A program made the translations under genes and the position numbers. A stretch of DNA of 64,000 nt from positions 1,056,001-1,120,000 of the forward strand of contig OZ245838.1 of assembly GCA_965228735.1 (NCBI GenBank), read 5' to 3'. The stretch is from Planctomycetota bacterium. Lineage in GTDB: Bacteria > Planctomycetota > UBA1135 > UBA2386. This document shows positions 49,333 to 59,761 of the stretch, piece by piece (the first letter of the stretch is position 1; every line of letters begins with the position of its first letter). The notes beneath the pieces were generated by a model that saw only the letters and a program-made list of their open reading frames with translations, did not search any database and was not told the origin of the DNA.

Positions 49333-52093
49333 CGTCCGTCGGTCGGCACACCCGCTTCAGGTGCAGGGGGCGGCGCAGGCCCTCGGGGCCGTGGTCGCTC
49401 GCCGAGCGCGTTCGACCGAGCCATTCCTCGAACACCGCCATCGACTTGCTCGTGTCGACGTAGACGTCGCCGTAGCGGTCGCCGGGTTCGGCGGCCGTGA
49501 CCGTCACCTTCTGGTGCCAGCAGTGCATCCCACTGACGGGGTCGGGCTGGGCCGGGAACGTCATGTTCTGGTGCACGCCGCCGCTCGTCCACCAGACCTT
49601 GCTGCTCTCCTTGTCGCCGCTCTCGAACGCGCGGATGTCGCTGGTCCGGCGCATGAGGTAGGCGGTGTCGCTGACCTTCTGCAGGTCGACGTCGGGCATC
49701 TGCCAGCGGTTGCCGCCGACGTGATCGCCCTTGACGACCCAGCGGCCGAGGTGGTGGCTGCACGCGATCACGCCCGGCCGCACGCCCTCGGTGACCCAGA
49801 CCGCGTTGACGTAGTGCCCGATCCGCGTCGTGACGCGCACGAGTTCGCCCATCTTGACGCCGATGCGCTCGGCGTCGGTGGGGTGGATCCAGACGGGGTT
49901 GGTGTTCGACAGCTCCGTGAGCCACTTGCTGTTCGCGGAGCGCGTGTGGATCAGCGTCGGGAGCCGGAACGTCGGCACGAGCGCCATCTCGCCGGCTGCG
50001 CGATCGAGCTTGCTCTCGTCGATGTGCGACGGCACGTAGACCGGCACGGACAGCTCGGGCCAGCCCCAGTCCGTCATCGTCTGCGAGTAGAGCTCGAGCT
50101 TCTTGCTCAGCGTGTGGAAGCCGCGCCGGGCCTTGCCGCCGGCGAACACCCCGACGACCTCGCCGCCCTGCGCGACGGTGCCGCGCAGCTCGTCGACCTC
50201 GTACTCGCCGCTCGGCAGCTCGGCCTCGTGCGTCTTGTAGACCTCTTCCTGCACGGTGAAGCAGCCGTGTCGGCGCATGTATTCGAGTGGCGTCAGGCCT
50301 TCCTTCTCGGCCGCCTCCGGCAGACCCGGCACCGAGTTCTCGAAGATCCACCCGTAGTACTCGTCGATCGTGATCCGCTCACCGCGCCGATACGGCGACT
50401 CGAAGTGCTCACGGATGCCGAGCTCGCCGTCCGGATCGATCTTCCACGACAGCGCGATCCAGAACTCGTCCTCCTCCCACACCTCGTCGGGATTGACCTC
50501 CCAGGTCCAGGTGAACTCCTTGCCCTCGCGCTGCGCGAGCACGCGCGCGACCGGCTGGCGGAAGCCGATCCACGTCGCCGCGTGCGTCTCCTGGGACATC
50601 AGGTCGTGGCGCTCGGTCGCGTGACCCATCGGCAACACGAAGTCGGCCCAGCGCGACGTCTCGTTCCACGTCGGCGTGAGCGCCGCGTGACATCCCACGA
50701 GGCTCTCGTCCTGCAGCACGTCGATCCACATCGCGCCGTCGGGGTTGGTCCAGACCGGGTTGTAGACCCGCGTGAAGTAGGTATCGATGACGCCGCGTCC
50801 GCTCTTGAGCAGGTGCGGCAGGCAGAACGACAGCTCGTGGTGGGCGAGCGGATACTCCGTCGGGTAGAGCAGCTCGGACCAGACGTCCTGCGGCCGCGGC
50901 TTGCTGTGCGTCGCGGGGACGAACTTGTTGGTCGCGGACGGCGCGGTGCCGCCGATCGTGCTCACGGCGCCCGCGAGAACGGACACGAACTGCAGGGTGC
51001 GCGCGACCGCCCAACCGCCCTCGTTCCCGGCCGCGGCGTTGCGCCAGACGTGCGAGCTGAAGCCGCTGCCGGCCTTGCCGATCTCGCGCCCGATCTCCTC
51101 GATCATCGCCGCATCGAGGCCGCAGATCTCGGCGACCTTGTCTGGCGTCGCGTCCGCGTAATCGGCGGCGAGGTCGATCTTGAACTGGTCGAAGTCGGCG
51201 CGCGAGGTCACCGTGCGGCCCTTGGCCTCCTGGTACGACACCCAGTCGACCCAGTCGCGCACGAAGTCCCAGTCGACGAGGTCCTCGCGCAGCATCACGT
51301 GCGCGAAGCCGAGCAGCATCATCGCCTCGGTGCCGGGCCGCGGCGGCAGCCAGTAGTCCGCCATGCTCGCCGTGTTGGACAGGCGGATGTCACAGACGGC
51401 GAGTTTGCCGCCCTTCATCTTGCCGTCGATGATGCGCTGCGCGTGCGGGTTGAAGTAGTGGCCGGTCTCCAGGTGGGCCGAGATGAGCAAGGTGAACCTG
51501 GCGTTCTCGTAGTCGGGCGACGGCCGGTCGTAGCCGCTCCACAGCGTGTAGCCGAGGCGCGCCGCCGCGCTGCACACGTTGGTGTGCGAGTTGTGCCCAT
51601 CGACACCCCACGACTGCAGAACGCGCTCGACGTAGCCGTCGTGCCCCGGACGCCCGACGTGGTACATGACCTCGGTCTTGCGATCCTCGAGGATCGCCTT
51701 CCGGATGCGCCCGGCGAGCGTGTCGAGGACCTCGTCCCAGCTCACGCGTTCGAACTTGCCGCTGCCGCGTGGGCCGACGCGCTTCATCGGGTAGCGCACG
51801 CGGTCGGGATCGTGGACCTGGTTGAGCGTCGCCGGGCCCTTGGCGCAGTTGCGGCCGCGGGAGCCCGGGTGATACGGGTTGCCCTCGAGCTTGCGGATCT
51901 TGCCGTCGGCCTTGTCGACGTAGGCGACGAGGCCGCACGCCGCTTCGCAGTTGAAGCAGATCGTCGGAACGAGCGAGTAGTTCTTCGTGACCCGGCGCGG
52001 CCAGGCCTTGGCGTCGAGTTCCTGCCAGTCGTCCCACTGGTCCGGCGGCGGGAAGCTCTCGAGTGGTGTCGTGCGCAGCGTGCTGTGGTCCAT
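49316..52093 (-). CDS. Molybdopterin (bis-MGD) oxidoreductase catalytic subunit, no Tat signal
   Basis: CFNCEAAC...NCAKG 4Fe-4S motif, YPMKRVG.RG.GKF..VSWDE, NSHTNVCS, ADFVLP, WIHPTDAERIG. Confidence 0.92.
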   Translation of the reverse strand: MDHSTLRTTPLESFPPPDQWDDWQELDAKAWPRRVTKNYSLVPTICFNCEAACGLVAYVDKADGKIRKLEGNPYHPGSRGRNCAKGPATLNQVHDPDRVRYPMKRVGPRGSGKFERVSWDEVLDTLAGRIRKAILEDRKTEVMYHVGRPGHDGYVERVLQSWGVDGHNSHTNVCSAAARLGYTLWSGYDRPSPDYENARFTLLISAHLETGHYFNPHAQRIIDGKMKGGKLAVCDIRLSNTASMADYWLPPRPGTEAMMLLGFAHVMLREDLVDWDFVRDWVDWVSYQEAKGRTVTSRADFDQFKIDLAADYADATPDKVAEICGLDAAMIEEIGREIGKAGSGFSSHVWRNAAAGNEGGWAVARTLQFVSVLAGAVSTIGGTAPSATNKFVPATHSKPRPQDVWSELLYPTEYPLAHHELSFCLPHLLKSGRGVIDTYFTRVYNPVWTNPDGAMWIDVLQDESLVGCHAALTPTWNETSRWADFVLPMGHATERHDLMSQETHAATWIGFRQPVARVLAQREGKEFTWTWEVNPDEVWEEDEFWIALSWKIDPDGELGIREHFESPYRRGERITIDEYYGWIFENSVPGLPEAAEKEGLTPLEYMRRHGCFTVQEEVYKTHEAELPSGEYEVDELRGTVAQGGEVVGVFAGGKARRGFHTLSKKLELYSQTMTDWGWPELSVPVYVPSHIDESKLDRAAGEMALVPTFRLPTLIHTRSANSKWLTELSNTNPVWIHPTDAERIGVKMGELVRVTTRIGHYVNAVWVTEGVRPGVIACSHHLGRWVVKGDHVGGNRWQMPDVDLQKVSDTAYLMRRTSDIRAFESGDKESSKVWWTSGGVHQNMTFPAQPDPVSGMHCWHQKVTVTAAEPGDRYGDVYVDTSKSMAVFEEWLGRTRSASDHGPEGLRRPLHLKRVCRPTDDAFRI

Positions 52094-52190
52094 CGGCGCA
52101 CCCACGATAGGGGGGCAACGCCCGCGGGTCACGGCATCTGTTTCGCCCCGGCCCGTTGCGATCTGGCGGGGCTCACGACGGCGCCCGCGA

Positions 52191-53405
52191 TCAACGGACC
52201 ACGACGGTGCTGATCTGCGATGCCTCGAGCGGCAGCGCGGTGCCCGCGAGCGCCTGGGCGGTCAGCGCCGTGCCGTGCAGGCTCGGATCGTTCGGCAGCG
52301 TGCCCGCGAGGTTCGCGTAGCCCGGCGCCTGGCCCACGGCGATCACGGCGGCGTCGATGTCGGTGAGACGCAGGCCTGGCTGTCGCGTGATCGTGCGGGC
52401 GGTGCCGTCGGGCGCGAACGCGAACGTCAGGAGCACGAGCGAGCCCGCCGGAACGCGCGCGTTGAAGGACCACGGGTTGCCGGGCTGCAGCGTGCCGCGA
52501 CGGTACGGCGGTTCGTTCCAGCCGGCACCGATGAGCGCGGGGTTCGTGAGGGTCGCTCCGATGGCCGCTGTCACGGGAACGAAACCCGGCAGGGTGACGC
52601 CGCCGGCAAAGACGGATCCGCTGCCGAACGGAGAACTCCCGAGTTCGACCGCGGTCGTGCTCGTGTTCACGAGCCCGTTGCCGCCCGGCTGGCCCATGCC
52701 GCCGCTGCCGGTGGAGTCATGCAGCCAGGTCTCGGCGACACCGCCGACGCGCAGCGCGGCTCCGCCCGGTCCGCCGAGGAAATCCTCGCCGCCCAACAGC
52801 CACGAATCCGCGGCATGCAGGACGCAGTCCGTGACGACCACGCCGTCGCCGCTCGGCATCGTGCCGCCAAAGCATCGGGTCTTCGTGAGCGCGACCGTCG
52901 CGTTGCGGGCGCGCAGCGCGATGCCGCCCGGGCCGCCCTCGAAGCGACAGAACGCGGCGGACATCTGGCAGTCGCTGGCCTCGACCACGGCGACCCCGTT
53001 GCCCGGGGCCGCGCCGCTGCGGAAGCGGCAGTCCTCGAACTCGACGGTCCCGCTGACGACCCGGGCGCCGCCCGTCAGCTGCGCGCCGGTCGCGGGTCGC
53101 ACGTCGATGCGGGACACGATCGCCCGCGCTCCTGGCGGGAGAGCGACCGCGATGCCGACACCCTGCGACACGACGACGCTCGGTGCGCGGTGTTCGCCCG
53201 CGTGACCGACGATCGTCACGGGTCGGTCGATGACGAACGGCTGATACGGCTGCACCCGTTCCATGACCTCGATGACGGTTCCCGGCGTCGCCGCCTGGAT
53301 GGCGAGCGCGATCTCCGGGACCTGGCTCGGCACGAGGATGCGATTCTGGGCGACCGCGGTAGCCGCGAGCGCGAGAACGACGAATGGCAGGGTAGTGCGT
53401 GGCAT
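52191..53405 (-). CDS. Secreted Gly-rich beta-helix-like protein with the shared C-terminal module
   Basis: Real part of track ORF 52191..55382: MPRTTLPFVVLALAATAVAQNRILVP...IALAIQAATPGTVIEV...LPNDPSLHGTALTAQA. Confidence 0.78.
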   Translation of the reverse strand: MPRTTLPFVVLALAATAVAQNRILVPSQVPEIALAIQAATPGTVIEVMERVQPYQPFVIDRPVTIVGHAGEHRAPSVVVSQGVGIAVALPPGARAIVSRIDVRPATGAQLTGGARVVSGTVEFEDCRFRSGAAPGNGVAVVEASDCQMSAAFCRFEGGPGGIALRARNATVALTKTRCFGGTMPSGDGVVVTDCVLHAADSWLLGGEDFLGGPGGAALRVGGVAETWLHDSTGSGGMGQPGGNGLVNTSTTAVELGSSPFGSGSVFAGGVTLPGFVPVTAAIGATLTNPALIGAGWNEPPYRRGTLQPGNPWSFNARVPAGSLVLLTFAFAPDGTARTITRQPGLRLTDIDAAVIAVGQAPGYANLAGTLPNDPSLHGTALTAQALAGTALPLEASQISTVVVR

Positions 53406-53552
53406 GGCTGGTGCCCGAGGACGGTGCCCTGGGCGGCACCCGGGGGACAGGTGGCCGCCGGCGGAGGTGCGAGGCCATAGTCTCGACCAACAGGAGCGTA
53501 ACGCCTGCGTCAGGGCCTTGCCTGATCGCGGGCGATCGGGTCGCCTCCCCGC

Positions 53553-55451
53553 ATGCGCAGCATTTCCGTCGCCCTGCTCTTCGTGCTGTCGACGGCGAGC
53601 AGCGTCGAGGCCCAGACCGTCGGGTCGCCCGATGGCCCGAAGGCGACCGGCACGGGGACGATCCGCCTCGCCGAGCCCGTTCGGGTGACGCATCCCGGGC
53701 GCGTTCTCGACGCGAACGGGCAGGGCGTCGCGGGCGCCGAGGTGACATTCTTCGCGCAGGACGCTGACGGCGTTGCGCTGCTGACGGACGTCGTGCGCGT
53801 GACCACGCGCAAGAACGGTCGGTTCCGCGCGCAGCTCTGGCCGACCCGGCCGTACAGCGCATGGGCGACGCGCGCCCTCGAGGATGGCACGCAGGTCGCA
53901 ACGGCGCTCGTCGAACGCGATTACCCGATGACGGAGCTGCAGTTCCCGGAACCCGAATCCCGAAAGCCAACGCGCGAGGCCGGCTCCGTCCAGGGCTTCG
54001 AACCGTGGCTCGAACTCGGCGCGCTGCGTCTGGAGTTCACGTTCGCGGGCGTGCCGGGGGTCCTCGACCCGACGGCCGTGGCGGCCGACGGGTCGTTCAT
54101 CCTGCCGGTGCTGCCGACCGGCGGGCGACTCGAGGTCGACGCGTTCGTCGACGACGGGCTCGTGTACCGCGGCTCGATGTCGCGGCGCGGTGACCAGGTC
54201 GTCGACCTGCCGCCGCCGCAGAGGGTCGAGGCGTTCGTTCACGATTTCGCCGACGCGCCGGTGTCGGATGCCGAGATCCACCGCCTCGAGGGCACGTGGC
54301 GCGGGCAGCGCGGCCCGCTGCCGGCGGGCCAGCTCGTGCGCCGCTACCCGGTGGCGCGAACCGGCGCCGACGGCAAGGCGACCTTCTACGTCGCCGGGAC
54401 GAAGCACCCGCGCGAGGGCGTGAGTGGCCGGCCACTCGTCTTCGTCGCGCGCAAGGTGGGCTATCGCGAGGGCGTCGCGGGGTTCGGGGGCAAGCCGTTC
54501 CGCGCGCGCAAGCAGCTCGAAGAGCTCGCGCCGACCGACCCGCTGCCGTTCGGGCTGCTGATCCAGGAGCCGGTGTTGGGGACCTACCGCGGCGAGCCGC
54601 TCGGCGATCGGTTCATCGGGCTGACGGGTAACTTCAGCGCGCCGTACCGCGAGAACAGCTACTACGGGATCGGTGACGAATCGCCGCTCCCGTTCGATGC
54701 GCAAGGCCGCCTCGTGCACGTGCCCGCGAACGAGCAGCACCGGACGCGTTCGCTGCGCATCGCGGACGTGTTGCCGCCAGTGGCTGCCGACAGCCCGTTC
54801 CGGCGCGCGGTCGTGAAGCGCCCGCTCGTGCTCGGCGACCCGACGCAGCTCGGCGAGTTCGAACTGGACCTCACGGCAGTGCAGTCGCTCGCGCTGCAGG
54901 TCGTCGACCTGACCGGGGGGCCGGCGATGGGGGCGGCCGTCGCGTGCGTGCCCCTCGCCAACTCGAACATCGACATCGCGGACGTGCCGCGCGTCGAGAC
55001 CGACGCCGTCGGGCGGGCCGTGTTCGCCGTCGTTCCGGGCAAGTGGCTGCTCCTCGTCATCGGAGAGGACGGCTACTACCAGCGTGAGATCGTGATCGAA
55101 GCCGGGATCGCGCCCGAGCCGCTCGCGATCGACCTCGAGCCGCTGCCGCTCGCGCGCTACCGCGTCGTGGACGGCGACGGTGAGCCGATCGCCGGCGCGA
55201 CGTTCGACTCGTCGGGCGGATCCTGGGGCGGCGGGTCCTCGCCCGCCGACTCCGTGATGTCCGACGTGTGCTACTACCTCGCGAGCTGGCAGATCGATCG
55301 CGCGGTGACCGACAGCAACGGCTGCGCCAAGATCCCGTTCCTGCCGAACAAGCACGTGCGGGTCGACTTCCGCGTGCGCCACGGCCGAACCCGGAGCTCC
55401 GAGTTCCGCATCACCGAGAGCGAGGACTACTTCGACATCGAGCTGCGCTGA
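53553..55451 (+). CDS. Secreted protein with carboxypeptidase-regulatory-like beta-sandwich repeats
   Basis: GRVLDANGQGVAGAEV, VHDFADAPVSDAEI, VVDLTGGPAMGAAV, RVVDGDGEPIAGATF; signal ends VEAQ. Confidence 0.78.
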   Translation: MRSISVALLFVLSTASSVEAQTVGSPDGPKATGTGTIRLAEPVRVTHPGRVLDANGQGVAGAEVTFFAQDADGVALLTDVVRVTTRKNGRFRAQLWPTRPYSAWATRALEDGTQVATALVERDYPMTELQFPEPESRKPTREAGSVQGFEPWLELGALRLEFTFAGVPGVLDPTAVAADGSFILPVLPTGGRLEVDAFVDDGLVYRGSMSRRGDQVVDLPPPQRVEAFVHDFADAPVSDAEIHRLEGTWRGQRGPLPAGQLVRRYPVARTGADGKATFYVAGTKHPREGVSGRPLVFVARKVGYREGVAGFGGKPFRARKQLEELAPTDPLPFGLLIQEPVLGTYRGEPLGDRFIGLTGNFSAPYRENSYYGIGDESPLPFDAQGRLVHVPANEQHRTRSLRIADVLPPVAADSPFRRAVVKRPLVLGDPTQLGEFELDLTAVQSLALQVVDLTGGPAMGAAVACVPLANSNIDIADVPRVETDAVGRAVFAVVPGKWLLLVIGEDGYYQREIVIEAGIAPEPLAIDLEPLPLARYRVVDGDGEPIAGATFDSSGGSWGGGSSPADSVMSDVCYYLASWQIDRAVTDSNGCAKIPFLPNKHVRVDFRVRHGRTRSSEFRITESEDYFDIELR

Positions 55452-55483
55452 ACGGGCCGGCGCCCGACCGCCGCAGTCCCGGT

Positions 55484-55518
55484 CTACTGGCTACTGGCGA
55501 CTGGCTACTGGCTACTGG
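55484..55518. repeat. Five tandem heptamers (CTACTGG x4 plus CGACTGG), the last containing the CBS gene stop
   Basis: ctactgg ctactgg cgactgg ctactgg ctactgg. Confidence 0.85.
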
Positions 55519-55976
55519 AGCAGGTCCATGTGGTCCTGCAGTCGCTCGTAGTTGCTCTTCTCGCGGTGGGCGTAGAGTTTTCTGAGCGCCTTCAGGACGT
55601 CGCCGCGCGAGATGATGCCGACGAGTCTGGCGCTGTCGAGGTCCTCGACCACGGGCATCCGCCGGATCGGGTACGCGCGGAACAGGGACGCAACCTCGTA
55701 GAGATCGGTGGCTGCGGTCACGACGCGGAAGTCGCGGCGCATGTGCTGGGCCACGTTGCCCGGCGGTTCGCCCTCGTAGTGGGCGGATGCGATCGCGGTC
55801 AGGCCATCGCGCTCGCTGAAGATTCCGACGATGCGGTCCCGGTCGATCACGGGCGCGCCGGAGAAGCCGCGTTGCAGCAGCGTCTCGACCGCGTCGAGCA
55901 CGTCGTGATCCGGGCGCAGAACGTGGACGTTCCGCTTCATCACATGGCCGGCCGTGAGCATTCGGCTGGAGTCCAT
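55512..55976 (-). CDS. CBS domain pair protein
   Basis: FSGAPVID..IVGIFSERD, IRRMPVVE...LVGIISRGDVL. Confidence 0.9.
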   Translation of the reverse strand: MDSSRMLTAGHVMKRNVHVLRPDHDVLDAVETLLQRGFSGAPVIDRDRIVGIFSERDGLTAIASAHYEGEPPGNVAQHMRRDFRVVTAATDLYEVASLFRAYPIRRMPVVEDLDSARLVGIISRGDVLKALRKLYAHREKSNYERLQDHMDLLQ

Positions 55977-56137
55977 GACTTCTGATTCTAGCGCATTCGC
56001 CAAGACCGCGTTCGCGACCGCCCGGAATGGCGGCGAAACGCCTTGCCAACGCGGCATTCGCACCACGGGCAGGCCGTATTCGGGCGGACGCGCGGTTCCG
56101 CTTGTATCGGATACGGACTGCCGCCACCGTGCGGACC

Positions 56138-58165
56138 ATGTGCAAGTCGATCGCTCGTCCTCTCGCGCGGCCCCTGCTGCTCGGCCTCGGAATCTCGATC
56201 GCGCTGCCGGCGCAAGGCCTGACCGTCGAACAGGTCGAGGCGCTGAGGAGCGTCTCGAATCCGCAGGTCGGCGACGGGTTCATCGCCTTCGATCTCCGCG
56301 TTCCGCGTCCGCTCGCCGACGGTCCCGGCGGCTCCTACTCGCACGTCGGCGTCGCCACGAGCGACGTCTCGGCCAAGCCGCGCTGGCTGGTCGCGGGGAA
56401 GGGCGGGGTCAGCGGCATGCAGGTGCGGCCGCAGAATCGGGCGGTGAGCTACGTGAAATCCGTCGACGGCGTCCGGCAGCTGCACGTCCACGCCATCGAT
56501 GGTGACGCCGCGACGGTCTGGGCCCAGACCCCGGCAGTCGGCAGCTACCGCTGGCGCTCCGACGGCAACGCGATCGCCTTCACGTCGATCGATCCGCGCA
56601 GCCCGGGCCAGGCAAGAGCGCACGGCGCCGGTATCCGACCCGTGGTCGTCGACGAGGACTTTCGCCACCTGTCGCTGTGGTTCTGCGATGGCGGTGAGGC
56701 ACAGCAGCTGACGAGCGGCGTGACGGTCTACGACTTCCAGTGGTCGCCCGACGGCAGCAAGATCGCCGCCGCGATCGCGCCCAGGAACCTCGTCGACGAC
56801 AGCTACATGCAGAAGCGCCTGCACGTCATCGACCTCGGTACCGGCAAGATCGAACAGGTGGTCGACAACCCAGGCAAGCTCGGCGCGTTCGCCTGGTCGC
56901 CCGACGGCAATCGGCTCGCGTACATCAGCGCGGCGGACAGGAACGATCCGCATGCGGGCATGCTCTACGGCCTCGACCTGCAGAGCCGCGCGGTCGAGCC
57001 GTGGACCTTCGGCCTGCGGGGGATGATCCAGGGCGTCGTGGCAACGACGCAGGGCTTCCTGCTCACGGAGAGCATCGGTGTCCGCACGCGTTTCCGGCAC
57101 ATCGATGCCAGCAACCAAACGCTCTGGACGTTCGAACCGAAGACGGCGCGGCTCGCCATCAGCGCCGTCGCAACCGGCGGTGATCGGCTCGCGTTCACCG
57201 CGAGCAGCCCGCGACATCCCGCCGAGTTGTTCGTCGCCGATGCGGCCGGTGCGCCATCCGAGGCCCGCCGCGTGACGGACAGCAATCCCGAACTCGGCGC
57301 GGTGCAACTCGCAGAACAACGCGTCGTTCGGTTTCGCGCGCGCGACAAGCTGCCGATCGAGGGGCTGCTGCTGCAGCCGCTCGACTACGAGGAGGGGCGG
57401 CGCTACCCGTTCGTCATCGTTGCGCACGGCGGCCCGGAATCGCATCACCTCGACGGCTGGATCACGAGCTACTCGAGCTGGGGGCAGCTGCTCGCGGCGC
57501 GCGGCTACTTCGTCTGGTATCCCAACTACCGCGCCTCGACGGGCTACGGCGTGCAGTTCTGCAAGGCCGACCACGGGGACCCGATGGGCAAGGAGTTTCT
57601 CGACCACCTCGACGCGATCGACTTCTTCGAGGTCCAGGGACTCATCGATCGCGACCGGGTCGGGATCGGCGGCGGCAGCTACGGCGGCTACACCGCGGCC
57701 TGGGCTGCGACGCGGCACAGCGAACACTTCGCCGCGGCCGTGTCGTTCGTGCCGTTCGTCGACATCCGCACCAAGTGGATGACGAGCGACATCCCGATGG
57801 AGTTCTACTACGTGCACTACGAGGAACAGTGGCCGTGGCAGCAGCCGGGGCTGCTCGCGGATCGCAGTCCGCTGACCTGGGCCACCGACTGCGACACGCC
57901 GCTGCTGCTCGCGGGCGGCACGTCGGACACGCGCGTGCATCCGAGCCAGCCGTTCATGCTCTACCGCGCGGTGAAGTTCGGCACGGACACGCCGACGCGC
58001 TACGTGCAGTACCCGGGCGAAGGGCACGGCAACCGCACCAACGTCTACCGCTACGACTACGCGTTGCGCGCGCTGCGCTGGTTCGACCACTACCTCAAGG
58101 GCGAGGGCGATCGCCGGAGCAGGCCGCTGCCGCCGAAGGACCTCGCGTACCCGGCGCTGCAGTAA
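56138..58165 (+). CDS. Exported S9 family peptidase (acylaminoacyl-peptidase-like)
   Basis: WSPDG propeller repeats, HGGP, NYRASTGYG, GGSYGG, DTRV, YPGEGH. Confidence 0.93.
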   Translation: MCKSIARPLARPLLLGLGISIALPAQGLTVEQVEALRSVSNPQVGDGFIAFDLRVPRPLADGPGGSYSHVGVATSDVSAKPRWLVAGKGGVSGMQVRPQNRAVSYVKSVDGVRQLHVHAIDGDAATVWAQTPAVGSYRWRSDGNAIAFTSIDPRSPGQARAHGAGIRPVVVDEDFRHLSLWFCDGGEAQQLTSGVTVYDFQWSPDGSKIAAAIAPRNLVDDSYMQKRLHVIDLGTGKIEQVVDNPGKLGAFAWSPDGNRLAYISAADRNDPHAGMLYGLDLQSRAVEPWTFGLRGMIQGVVATTQGFLLTESIGVRTRFRHIDASNQTLWTFEPKTARLAISAVATGGDRLAFTASSPRHPAELFVADAAGAPSEARRVTDSNPELGAVQLAEQRVVRFRARDKLPIEGLLLQPLDYEEGRRYPFVIVAHGGPESHHLDGWITSYSSWGQLLAARGYFVWYPNYRASTGYGVQFCKADHGDPMGKEFLDHLDAIDFFEVQGLIDRDRVGIGGGSYGGYTAAWAATRHSEHFAAAVSFVPFVDIRTKWMTSDIPMEFYYVHYEEQWPWQQPGLLADRSPLTWATDCDTPLLLAGGTSDTRVHPSQPFMLYRAVKFGTDTPTRYVQYPGEGHGNRTNVYRYDYALRALRWFDHYLKGEGDRRSRPLPPKDLAYPALQ

Positions 58166-58243
58166 CCGCCAGCACTGCGGGGGCGGGGCGGTGCCAGAGC
58201 GCCGGGTCCGGCACGGCTTGCCAGCGCCCGGCTGGCCAATGCA

Positions 58244-59761
58244 TCAGGACAACGGCGGCAGCTGGGCGGCGCGCACGTAGGCCCGTTCGTAGAGGAACAG
58301 GCCGATCCAGCTGACCGCGGCGCACAGCGCGAGCACGACGGGTTCGTGCACGCCCGCCGCCGCGAGGATCAGCGCGAGGATCGCCGCCGCCGTCGTCGTC
58401 GCGAGACCCGCGTGGAACGCCGACAGGCGCGCGCCGGGCCACGCCGGAATCGTCGACAGCAACGCGGCCGCCATGCGGGCGTTGTGGGTGTGGTGCTTGC
58501 CGTGGCGTTCGGCGAAGCCGAGCACGTGATTGCCGATCGCCGCGCCCGCGACGATGACCGCGAGGGACACCGAAGGCGCGAACGGCAGCAACGCGATCCC
58601 GCCGACGCAGACCGCCTGCACGAGCAGGTGGGGCAGCAGCATGCCGGTGTTCTGCCAGAGGTCGCGCCCCTCGCACTGCGCGAACAAGAACGCGGTGTAG
58701 GCCGCCGCCGCGGTGCCACCGAGCACGTTGACCCAACGCACCGCGTCCGCCGCGCCGTCGAACCCGAAGAAGCGCAGCGCGAGCGCTGCCGTCGACAGCG
58801 CGCCGAACGCCATGAGCACCCACGCGCCCTTGACGAGCCAGCTCTTGGTGTTGGGGCGCGTGAGCAGCGTGAAGAACTTCATCGGGCGCTTCAGGTCACC
58901 GACGAGCAACACGTTGGTCAGCCCGAGGAACGCGAGCGCGAGGAGCTCGGGCGCGTAGTCCGCGCCCGGTCCGGTCGAGCCGAAGAACGCGAGCAGCGGC
59001 GCGAGGATCGCGGCACCCGCACCGACGCCCTTCGTCACGAGGTAGGCCGCGACCTGCCAACCCCAATGCACCTTGTGGTCGACGTCGAGAGCGACGCGGG
59101 CGTCGTCGCGGACGAACTCCGACGCGGCGTCCGCCGGCAGCGGCGCCTTGGGCAGCCGGCGATCGCTCCAGATGTACATGTCCTCCTCGCGCGCCGTGCC
59201 CGGCTCGAGCGAGGCCTCGTGGGCGCCGAGGTAGAACACGTTCGGTCCGGTGTTCTGCTCCGGTCGGCGCACGGTCGCACCCGGGGTCTCACCGAGGATC
59301 TTGCCGACCGGGCTCGCCGGGTCGTGGACGTCGCCGCTGATGATCGCGGTCTCCGGGCACACCACCTCGCAGGCCGGCTTGAGGCCCTGCTCGACGCGGT
59401 GGGCGCAGAAGTGGCACTTCTCGGCGCCGCCGGTCTCCTCGTTCAGGTAGAGCGCATCGTACGGGCAGGCCTGCATGCACGCCTTGCAGCCGATGCAGAC
59501 GTCCTTGTCGAGGTCGACGATCCCGTCGGGGCGCTTGTCGAGCGCCGTCACCGGGCAGATCGTCACGCAGGGCGCCGAGGTGCACTGGTTGCAGCGCAAC
59601 ACCGCGAAGTGGCGCTTCACGGCCGGGAACGCCCCGACCTCCGTGTACTTCACCCACGTGCGGAAGTCGCCGAGCGGCACCTCGTTCTCGGACTTGCAGG
59701 CGACGGTGCAGGCGTGACAGCCGATACAGCGGCGTTGATCGAGGACGAAACCGTATTGCAT
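58244..59761 (-). CDS. 4Fe-4S dicluster (NrfC/DmsB-like) protein fused to an NrfD/PsrC membrane anchor
   Basis: CIGCHACTVAC, CNQCTSAPCVTICP, CIGCKACMQACPY, KCHFC..CEVVCP; then WGWQVAAYL, DLKRP.KF, SWLVKGAW, YTAFLF. Confidence 0.92.
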   Translation of the reverse strand: MQYGFVLDQRRCIGCHACTVACKSENEVPLGDFRTWVKYTEVGAFPAVKRHFAVLRCNQCTSAPCVTICPVTALDKRPDGIVDLDKDVCIGCKACMQACPYDALYLNEETGGAEKCHFCAHRVEQGLKPACEVVCPETAIISGDVHDPASPVGKILGETPGATVRRPEQNTGPNVFYLGAHEASLEPGTAREEDMYIWSDRRLPKAPLPADAASEFVRDDARVALDVDHKVHWGWQVAAYLVTKGVGAGAAILAPLLAFFGSTGPGADYAPELLALAFLGLTNVLLVGDLKRPMKFFTLLTRPNTKSWLVKGAWVLMAFGALSTAALALRFFGFDGAADAVRWVNVLGGTAAAAYTAFLFAQCEGRDLWQNTGMLLPHLLVQAVCVGGIALLPFAPSVSLAVIVAGAAIGNHVLGFAERHGKHHTHNARMAAALLSTIPAWPGARLSAFHAGLATTTAAAILALILAAAGVHEPVVLALCAAVSWIGLFLYERAYVRAAQLPPLS

